NCBI GenBank assembly: GCA_022819985.1
Contig: JAJEGH010000014.1
Location: forward strand, 8,086 to 72,085
From: Alphaproteobacteria bacterium
GTDB taxonomy: Bacteria; Pseudomonadota; Alphaproteobacteria; Bin65
Direction of reading: 5' to 3'
Length of the DNA stretch: 64,000 nucleotides
This document shows positions 20,769 to 27,145 of this stretch, piece by piece (within the stretch, counting starts at the first letter, position 1; the number at the start of each line of letters is the position of its first letter). A program made the translations under genes and the position numbers. Below the pieces are notes generated by a model. It saw nothing but the letters and a program-made list of their open reading frames with translations, searched no databases and had not been told where the DNA came from.

Positions 20769-21875
20769 TCAGCCGGCAGCCTTTTCTTCGGCGGGCTGTT
20801 CTTCGGCCGCTTGCCCGCCCGCGCCCGGCGCTTCGGTGTCCTTCGCCTCGCCGTCCGGCGGTTCGGCGTCCTGTCCTTCCGCTTCCGGCGTTTCGGCAGT
20901 TTCCGCTGCGGCGTCAGCAGCCGTGTCCGGTACGCCTTCCGCCGCCGTTTCCCCGGCCGGCTCCGGAGCCGATTCCGAATCCGCTTCGGGGACCGTTTCC
21001 GGGGCAGCTACCGGGGCACCCTCCGGAGCCGGGCCATCGCCTTTTTCCGGTGCGCCGCCGGGCTCGGCGGACTCTGCCGGCTCGGTCCCGGCTGCGGCGG
21101 CCTCGCCCTCCGCGGAGGCGTCGGGCAACTCTTCGGGCAGCGGCGCCTCGGCCTCGCCCAAGTCGCCGCCGGACAGCGCCACTTCCTGCGCCAGCCCGTC
21201 CAGCACCGCGCCCCAGAAGAGTTCCATATAGATTTCGATGGCGCGCAGCGAATCGTCGTTGCCGGGCACCGGAAAGTCGATGCCGTCCGGGTCGCTGTTG
21301 CTGTCGATCACGGCGATCACCGGGATTTTCAGCTTGTTCGCCTCGGCAACGGCAATCGCTTCCTTGTTCGTGTCGATCACGACGACGATGTCCGGCAGGG
21401 CGGACATTTCCTTGATGCCGCCCAGCGCCTTTTCCAGCTTGTCGCGCTCGCGGGTGAGCTGGAGCAATTCCTTTTTGGTCAGGCCCTGGGTCTCTTCCTC
21501 GTTGCCGAGCTGTGCATCGAGGGCCTTCAGGCGGGCGATGGACCGCTGGATGGTCGCCCAGTTGGTCAGCATGCCACCGAGCCAGCGGTGGTCGACATAG
21601 AACTGGCCGCAGCGCTCGGCGGACTGGGCGATCATGCGCGACGCCTGGCGCTTGGTGCCGACGAACAGCACCCGGCCACCCGCCGCCGCCACCTCGCGCA
21701 CCGCATTCATGGCGCGCTGGAGCAGCGGCACGGTCTGCTGCAGGTCGATGATGTGGACATTGTTGCGCGCGCCGAAGATGTAGGGCGACATCTTCGGGTT
21801 CCAGCGGCGCGTGTTGTGTCCGAAATGAACGCCAGCCTCGAGCAGCTGGCGCATGGTGAAGTTCGGCATCGCCAT
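20769..21875 (-). CDS. rpsB: 30S ribosomal protein S2 with an unusually long acidic A/E/P-rich C-terminal tail
   Basis: [29 protein letters not shown] is a canonical S2 start. The conserved core ends near ...GAVLDGL and is followed by about 130 low-complexity residues. The ORF opens at 21911. Confidence 0.92.
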   Translation of the reverse strand: MAMPNFTMRQLLEAGVHFGHNTRRWNPKMSPYIFGARNNVHIIDLQQTVPLLQRAMNAVREVAAAGGRVLFVGTKRQASRMIAQSAERCGQFYVDHRWLGGMLTNWATIQRSIARLKALDAQLGNEEETQGLTKKELLQLTRERDKLEKALGGIKEMSALPDIVVVIDTNKEAIAVAEANKLKIPVIAVIDSNSDPDGIDFPVPGNDDSLRAIEIYMELFWGAVLDGLAQEVALSGGDLGEAEAPLPEELPDASAEGEAAAAGTEPAESAEPGGAPEKGDGPAPEGAPVAAPETVPEADSESAPEPAGETAAEGVPDTAADAAAETAETPEAEGQDAEPPDGEAKDTEAPGAGGQAAEEQPAEEKAAG

Positions 21876-22248
21876 GGCATGTTCCTTTACCGGTTCGGCC
21901 GCCGCGGACATTCATCCGGCCCTTGGCCGTTTCGGCCATCGGAGTCCGGACACCGGAACGACAGAACCGGATTTCCCGGCCGCCGCAAATCCGCGTGAGG
22001 GGTTGACGGCGCAAGACCTAGGCTCGCAGCGGTCGAAGCGCAACGCCCGCGCGGCGGCATGCGGCAAATCTCCTGCCTGCGGGCCCGTCCGTGCTGGCGC
22101 GGCGCTCCCGGCGGGATCGTGCGGGGGGTGCCTGGGTCGCCGGCGCGGCCGGCCCGTTGCTTGGGCGCCGGCCGCCATGCTCTGCTGCGGCGCGAAGGCG
22201 CACTATTACAAAATGTTGACGATTCTGGGCGTGCGCCACAAAATCTTG

Positions 22249-22277
22249 TTGACAAATTTTCCTGTCGCCTTTATGGA
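22249..22277 (+). promoter_or_regulatory. Sigma70-like promoter candidate (TTGACA-N17-TATGGA), preceded by a second TTGACG copy inside a direct repeat
   Basis: TTGACA at 22249-22254, a 17-nt spacer, TATGGA at 22272-22277. ACAAAAT..TTGAC occurs twice (22208-22220 and 22238-22253). The patch is AT-rich within GC-rich DNA. Confidence 0.35.
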
Positions 22278-22283
22278 GACGCC

Positions 22284-22359
22284 GCACAGGTGCGAAAGAC
22301 GCGGACAGGCCCTGGCACAGCAAACCCGGCTGCACCCCGGTGCGGCCGGGTTTTGTTTT
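22284..22359 (+). ncRNA. Candidate small RNA of about 75 nt (promoter to intrinsic terminator); family not recognised
   Basis: Bounded by the promoter candidate above and a strong terminator hairpin. There is no ORF or RBS inside. The 5' end is only predicted. Confidence 0.25.
22325..22359 (+). terminator. Rho-independent terminator
   Basis: An 11-bp stem (CCCGGCTGCAC / GTGCGGCCGGG, with one G-U pair), loop CCCG, followed by TTTTGTTTT. Confidence 0.55.
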
Positions 22360-22390
22360 ACGGTATCGGCGGCGAAAACGGACGGTCCTG

Positions 22391-22826
22391 TCCTTCGGCG
22401 GGGCAGCAGGCTCCCCGGTCCGAAGGCAGTGCTCCAAACGCAAAGAAGGCGCCAGGTGCTTCGACGCGGACGTCCCTGCATGGCTCCGAAGAGCCCCCTG
22501 ACACCTTCTCTGCGGGTTTGCCCCGAAGGGCTCCCCACACGGTCTCGAACCCGAAGGTCCGGACCACGGGCTCGCCCTTGCAGGCTGCCCTACCGGTCCG
22601 CGTCCCCGAAGGTCCGCTTTCCGGCTGCCGGCTCGCCCGAAGGCTCCCCGGCTCCCGACCTCGACGACCGAAGCCGCCTGGCCGTTCCGCCTTCGATCCG
22701 GTCCCGAGGGCTCGGCTCTCCGGCTCAAGCGCCGATCGCCCGAAGGCTTTCGCCGCTTCCGCGACCGGCTTCCTTGCGGTCACCCATCGCGTGAATGGAT
22801 ACTGCTTCGCCCCCGCCGCCGAAGCA
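22391..22826. repeat. Dispersed array of CCGAAG(G) motifs (CCTTCGG on the minus strand) in non-coding DNA
   Basis: CCGAAG starts at 22420, 22486, 22523, 22551, 22606, 22637, 22668, 22740 and 22819, and six of these are CCGAAGG. There is one inverted copy, CTTCGG, at 22393. Several copies sit in short stems (GGCTC-CGAA-GAGCC, GCCC-CGAA-GGGC). Confidence 0.6.
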
Positions 22827-22857
22827 ACAAAAAATTACACCGGATCTTCGAAATTTC

Positions 22858-22964
22858 GGTGGATAACCAAGTAGTTAGCGGACAAATGACCTAAAATTTT
22901 TCCACAATTCGACACAAGCTCGGCAGATTTCCGCCGATTCCGCCTGTGGATAAAGTTATCCCCA
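22858..22964. promoter_or_regulatory. Cluster of four DnaA-box-like 9-mers in an AT-rich patch
   Basis: GGTGGATAA at 22858-22866 (reverse complement TTATCCACC), TTTTCCACA at 22898-22906, TGTGGATAA at 22945-22953 (a perfect TTATCCACA on the other strand), and TTATCCCCA at 22956-22964. Flanked by A/T runs (AACAAAAAATTACA, CTAAAATTTTT, AGAAATTTTCA). Confidence 0.5.
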
Positions 22965-23034
22965 AGAAATTTTCATCGGGAAGCGAACGGCGGCGCAGCG
23001 GGTGCCGGACAGCCGGCCGGGCAGGCGCGACCCG

Positions 23035-23826
23035 TTACCCGCCGTTCCGGTTCACAAGGGCGCGCGCATAGAGCGGATGGTGCAGGCTACGCACTTCGTG
23101 CTCGATGGCGAACAGCGGTGCCTCCGCCCCCGGCGCCGCGATTTCCACGAAGCGGTACTGGCTCGCATTGTCCTCGGCAGTGATGAGGCTGCGTTCGGCG
23201 AGCGCACGGTACGGGCCGGAAAAGTCCGCGGCGTAGACCGCCACATGGTGCCCGTCGTATTCGGCTGCGGGCGCATCGCTCTCGCGGAACAGGAAATGCT
23301 GGCCCGGCCCCACCGTCACCCGCGCGCAGCCGCCGTCGACCGCCGCCGGCGCCCCCATCACCGCGCAGTAGAACTGCGCGATGCCCGCCGCCGCCCGCTC
23401 GGGAACCGGCATGTCGAGGTAGGGAATACCCAGCGGACCGAAGCCGCCGCCGGCCGCGTGCGCCCGGAAGCGGTTGCCCCACGGGCAGGTCAGCGCGACA
23501 TGGCCGTTTTCGCGGCGCCACGAGAACTGCGTTCCGTCGAGCCGGGCGGCGACCCGGCGCAGCCGTTCCTCGAGCGCGTCCAGATCCGGCAGAACCAGGC
23601 CGATGACCCCGCGGAAGCGCTGCGGGTTTCCCCTCGGCAGGTGGAATTGCTGGCGGCCGGCGTTGATCCACATATTGTCGGTGCCGACCATCATATAGGG
23701 GTCGCGGGTCAGTCCCAGTCCGGCGACGTAGAAGTCCGTCGCCGTCTCCTGGTCCGGGACGGTGAGGTTGACATGCTCGAAGCAAACGATGTTGCCGACG
23801 TCCTGGGAAGCGGGATCGAAGCGCAT
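23035..23826 (-). CDS. Hypothetical protein, possibly a VOC (glyoxalase/dioxygenase-fold) family member
   Basis: 263 aa with coding-like composition. The N-terminal FEHVNLTVPDQETATDFYVAGLGLTRDP resembles a VOC beta-alpha-beta-beta-beta module. The family call is tentative. Confidence 0.55.
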   Translation of the reverse strand: MRFDPASQDVGNIVCFEHVNLTVPDQETATDFYVAGLGLTRDPYMMVGTDNMWINAGRQQFHLPRGNPQRFRGVIGLVLPDLDALEERLRRVAARLDGTQFSWRRENGHVALTCPWGNRFRAHAAGGGFGPLGIPYLDMPVPERAAAGIAQFYCAVMGAPAAVDGGCARVTVGPGQHFLFRESDAPAAEYDGHHVAVYAADFSGPYRALAERSLITAEDNASQYRFVEIAAPGAEAPLFAIEHEVRSLHHPLYARALVNRNGG

Positions 23827-23911
23827 GTGCTGCTCCTCGCTCTTTTTTGCCCGGATCGCCGGCCCGGCCCTCCAGGTCAGGCCCGCCAGCCCGGCTACGC
23901 GTCGGGCGCCC

Positions 23912-24460
23912 CTACGGCACAGTGCCGATCCGGCCGAAATCGGTCGAGGCGATATGGGCCATCAGGGTCGTCCGGTCCGACGTGCCGAAAAAGAGCACCG
24001 AATAGCGGCCGCCGACGAAAGTGGCGGCGGTGTACTCGCCCTGAATCTCCACGATCGCAAATCGCTGGCCCGCAATGTCCCGGAATTCGCCCTTCCTGGC
24101 CCGGACCACGGCGGGGTCCATGAAGGTCCGTTTCCGCTTTTCCAGCGTCTCCGGCGTTTCGCTGCGCACCGCGATCGCGATAACGGGCTTGCCGTCCGCA
24201 TCCAGATAGACCCGCTGGACGCGAACCTGCCCGGTTTCGGCATTGTCCTCGATCCGCTCGCGCGCGGTATAGCCGTCCAGGGGCGCCGGCAGCGCCCTGG
24301 CCAGCCTGTCGCCGCGGGTCGGCGCCTCCCGGCCCGCGGTCCCGGATTCGGTCCCCGCCCGGGACCCGGACGCGGATTGCGCTTCGGCGAGGGCGACCGC
24401 GCCGACGACGAGGACGGCGGCGGCGAGATGCAGGAACAGCAGGCGGCCCCAACGGGACAT
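23912..24460 (-). CDS. Secreted hypothetical protein
   Basis: The ATG at 24460 is preceded by GGAGAA. Signal peptide MSRWGRLLFLHLAAAVLVVGAVALAEA. No family recognised. Confidence 0.6.
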   Translation of the reverse strand: MSRWGRLLFLHLAAAVLVVGAVALAEAQSASGSRAGTESGTAGREAPTRGDRLARALPAPLDGYTARERIEDNAETGQVRVQRVYLDADGKPVIAIAVRSETPETLEKRKRTFMDPAVVRARKGEFRDIAGQRFAIVEIQGEYTAATFVGGRYSVLFFGTSDRTTLMAHIASTDFGRIGTVP

Positions 24461-24630
24461 GCGGTTCTCCGGCGTTGGCGGATCGGGAGCGTGTTCGGCC
24501 GGCGGTATAGCATCGCCCCCGGTGCGACGCCACAGCCGCACAGCGCTTCCGACGCGCGGCGACCCGTCTGCTGGCGGCGGGCGGCCTTCCGGTGTAGCAG
24601 CGACTGCCAGCCTCCGACAGGAGCCCGTTC

Positions 24631-25941
24631 ATGATTCCCCGCTATACCCGCCCGGCCATGGCCGCTGTCTGGGAACCGGCCAGCCGCTTTCGCATCTGGT
24701 TCGAGATCGAGGCCCATGCCTGCGACGGGCTGGAGAGGCTCGGTGCGCTTCCCGAAGGCACGGCGGCGGCGGTGTGGCGCAACGGCGACCGGCCCTACAC
24801 GGCGGAGCGGATCGCCCGCATCGACGCCATCGAGGCCGAGGTCAAACACGACGTCATCGCCTTCCTGACCGAGCTGGCCGAACAGGTCGGCCCGGAAGCG
24901 CGTTTCGTCCATCAGGGCCTCACCTCGTCCGACATTCTGGATACCGGCTTTGCGGTGCAGCTCACGCGGGCGAGCGATCTGTTGCTGGCCGGCCTCGACG
25001 GCCTGCTCGCCGCGCTCAGGCGCCGGGCCGAAGAGCACAAGTTCACCCGGACGATGGGCCGGAGCCACGGCATTCACGCCGAGCCGACCACCTTCGGCGT
25101 CAAGCTGGCCGGCCATTATGCCGAATTCGCCCGCTGCCGGGCGCGGTTGGAAGCGGCGCGGGCGGAGATCGCGACCTGCGCCATCTCCGGCGCCGTCGGC
25201 ACCTTCGCCACCGTCGATCCGCGTGTCGAAGCGCATGTCGCGGAAAAGCTCGGCCTGACGCCCGAGCCCGTTTCCACCCAGATCATTCCGCGTGACCGCC
25301 ACGCCATGTATTTTGCCACCCTCGGCGTCATCGCCGGCGCCGTCGAGCGGCTGGCGGTTGAGATTCGGCATCTACAACGCACCGAGGTGCGCGAAGCGGA
25401 GGAATTCTTCTCCGAGGGCCAGATGGGCTCCTCGGCCATGCCGCACAAGCGCAATCCGATCCTGACCGAGAACCTGACCGGCCAGGCCCGGATCATTCGC
25501 GGCATGGTCCTGCCGGCACTGGAAAACGCCGCCCTGTGGCACGAGCGCGACATCTCCCACAGCTCGGTCGAGCGGCAGATCGCCCCGGACGCCACGGTGG
25601 CGCTGGATTTCTCGCTGGCCCGTCTGACCGGCGTCGTCGACAAACTGGTGGTCTATCCCGAGCGCATGGCCGCCAACGCCGACGCCCTGGGCGGCCTGCA
25701 CAATTCGCAGCGGGTCCTGCTGGCGCTCACCCAGGCCGGGATGAGCCGGGAAGACGCCTACCGCGCCGTCCAGCGCCACGCCATGACGGTCTGGCAGGAC
25801 GGCGGCGACTTCGCGGCTTCGCTCAAGGGCGACGCCGAAATCGCCGTCCGTCTGACCGCCGACGCCATCGACGCCCTGTTCGACCCGGCCTTCCACACCC
25901 GGCACGTCGAGACGATCTTCGAGCGGGTGTTCGGCGGGTGA
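24631..25941 (+). CDS. purB: Adenylosuccinate lyase
   Basis: 436 aa. Starts MIPRYTRPAM, contains the fumarate-lyase signature GSSAMPHKRNP, and has an ADSL C-terminal region. Confidence 0.95.
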   Translation: MIPRYTRPAMAAVWEPASRFRIWFEIEAHACDGLERLGALPEGTAAAVWRNGDRPYTAERIARIDAIEAEVKHDVIAFLTELAEQVGPEARFVHQGLTSSDILDTGFAVQLTRASDLLLAGLDGLLAALRRRAEEHKFTRTMGRSHGIHAEPTTFGVKLAGHYAEFARCRARLEAARAEIATCAISGAVGTFATVDPRVEAHVAEKLGLTPEPVSTQIIPRDRHAMYFATLGVIAGAVERLAVEIRHLQRTEVREAEEFFSEGQMGSSAMPHKRNPILTENLTGQARIIRGMVLPALENAALWHERDISHSSVERQIAPDATVALDFSLARLTGVVDKLVVYPERMAANADALGGLHNSQRVLLALTQAGMSREDAYRAVQRHAMTVWQDGGDFAASLKGDAEIAVRLTADAIDALFDPAFHTRHVETIFERVFGG

Positions 25942-25969
25942 TTTGGCAGCCGGCGAGGCGGGCGGCGGC

Positions 25970-26194
25970 TCAGTCCGGCAGGTCGATTGCCGGCCGGAAC
26001 GGGTCGTCATAACCCAGGACCGAGCCTTCCATCGCGCCGATGATCGAGGAGGCTTTCTCCGCCGGCGGAGCAGGCGACAGCACGGCCAGCGGCCGGCCGC
26101 GTTCGGTGATCGTAACCGGCTCGCGGTCCTCGCACATCTGTTCGATCACACGGAGGCATGTGGCCTCGAATTCGGCCGCGGCTATCGTTTTCAC
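25970..26194 (-). CDS. Phd/YefM-family type II antitoxin (no adjacent toxin gene)
   Basis: 74 aa. MKTIAAAEFEATCLRVIEQMCEDREPVTITERGRPLAVLSP is a typical Phd/YefM N-terminal domain. Only 28 nt separate its stop from the convergent purB stop. Confidence 0.8.
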   Translation of the reverse strand: MKTIAAAEFEATCLRVIEQMCEDREPVTITERGRPLAVLSPAPPAEKASSIIGAMEGSVLGYDDPFRPAIDLPD

Positions 26195-26318
26195 CGTCGT
26201 CCCCGTTGCAGCGTCGTGCAGGTTTCTAACTTACCGGCGACCCAGTCAAACCTGATTGGTTTCGGCAAGACGGCAAGTCCGGTCTTTGTCGTTCATAGGC
26301 TCTGAACCGATCACTTTG

Positions 26319-26347
26319 TTGTCAATTTTTGCCAAAGCCGTTAGTCT
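26319..26347 (+). promoter_or_regulatory. parDE promoter candidate (TTGTCA-N17-TAGTCT) placing the TSS at or next to the parD ATG
   Basis: TTGTCA at 26319-26324, a 17-nt spacer, TAGTCT at 26342-26347. The ATG is at 26354, and no Shine-Dalgarno sequence lies in between. Confidence 0.4.
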
Positions 26348-26353
26348 CTTTGC

Positions 26354-26593
26354 ATGAGCACCATGAACATATCGCTGTCCGAATCTCTCAAGTCCTTCGT
26401 TGAAGATCAGGTTGGCGCAAACGGTTACAGCACATCCAGCGAGTATGTCCGCGAACTGATTCGCAAGGACCGAGACCGCCTGCGCCTGCGCGCCCTCCTT
26501 CTCGAAGGCGCGGCCTCGCCGAAGGCCGGCATGGCCGATGCAGACTATTTCGACGAACTCCGTGCCCGGATCCACGAAGCCGGCCAGCCGTGA
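26354..26593 (+). CDS. parD: ParD/CopG-type ribbon-helix-helix antitoxin
   Basis: 79 aa. MNISLSESLKSFVEDQV...YSTSSEYVRELIRKDRDR is typical of ParD-like RHH antitoxins. Its stop overlaps the parE GTG start (GTGA). Confidence 0.85.
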   Translation: MSTMNISLSESLKSFVEDQVGANGYSTSSEYVRELIRKDRDRLRLRALLLEGAASPKAGMADADYFDELRARIHEAGQP

Positions 26594-26919
26594 GCGGAAA
26601 ACCGGTCGTATTGCGCAAGCGGGCGCAGCACGACATCGACGAGGCTGTAGGGTATTATCTGGCCGAGGCTGGACCGACCGTTGCGCTGGCTTTTGTCGAC
26701 GCACTGGAAGACGCCCGCCGGAGTATCGGCGAGCTGCCGGCGATCGGCTCGCCCCGCTATGCACTCGAACTGGATATTCCCGGCCTGCGCGTCCGGTCTG
26801 CCGGAAGGTTTCCGTATCTGATCTTCTATGTCGAGAGAGAGACGGAAATCGAAGTCTGGCGCGTCCTCCACGGCGCGCGCGACATACCCTCCAGGATGAT
26901 GGAACTACGCGAGAACTGA
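26590..26919 (+). CDS. parE: ParE/RelE-family toxin
   Basis: 109 aa. A...RAQHDIDEAVGYY... start and C-terminal FPYLIFYVERETEIEVWRVLHGARD, typical of ParE toxins. Translationally coupled to parD. Confidence 0.85.
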   Translation: MSGKPVVLRKRAQHDIDEAVGYYLAEAGPTVALAFVDALEDARRSIGELPAIGSPRYALELDIPGLRVRSAGRFPYLIFYVERETEIEVWRVLHGARDIPSRMMELREN

Positions 26920-27145
26920 TATGCCGTGCGCTGGCGGCAAACCGCTGATCCGACCGGAATCACGGCGCGTCGCGGGCGCGAATCCGACCGGCCCTGCTCC
27001 GACGCCGCAGGTTGCGCCCCGATCACGCCGAATTTAGCGTGGATTCCCGCCGGTCGGGCATAGTATCCCGCGCCTTTACCGGCCGGCCGCGATCAGGCGG
27101 CAGACGGCAGGTTCGGCGGGCAGCGAAGATAGGGAGGCCCTGCGG

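Noticed and set aside
22391-22826. A CRISPR-array interpretation of the CCGAAGG repeats, and likewise of the 18-nt repeats at 42555-42600.
   Set aside because: The repeat units are only 6-10 nt long, their spacing is irregular, there is no conserved 24-48-nt repeat-spacer architecture, and no cas genes are in the window.
22300-22830. The possibility that the structured-looking gap encodes RNase P RNA, SRP (4.5S) RNA, 6S RNA or a two-piece tmRNA.
   Set aside because: I could not find the hallmark motifs on either strand: GAAAGUCCGGGC and ACAGAAAACCCGGCUUA for RNase P, GGAAGGAAGCAGC-type domain IV for SRP, and a tRNA-like GGUUCGA(C/A)UCC T-arm or ...LAA tag ORF for tmRNA. GGTCCGAAGGCAGTGCTCC only superficially resembles SRP domain IV. 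An Infernal scan would be decisive.
21853-22874. Several ORFs of 110-313 aa on both strands of the rpsB-upstream gap (e.g. 21853-22794 +, 22059-22874 +, 22018-22728 -).
   Set aside because: They have P/R/S/G-rich translations, mutually overlap in several frames, and lack convincing start or Shine-Dalgarno contexts. The region contains non-coding signals (promoter, terminator, motif array, DnaA boxes). A diverged pseudogene cannot be fully excluded without a homology search.
25942-27145. A mobile-element origin (integrase, IS element, tRNA attachment site) for the toxin-antitoxin islet.
   Set aside because: I could not find a transposase or integrase ORF, terminal inverted repeats, or a tRNA gene flanking the islet. 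Only presence/absence comparison with relatives could show acquisition.
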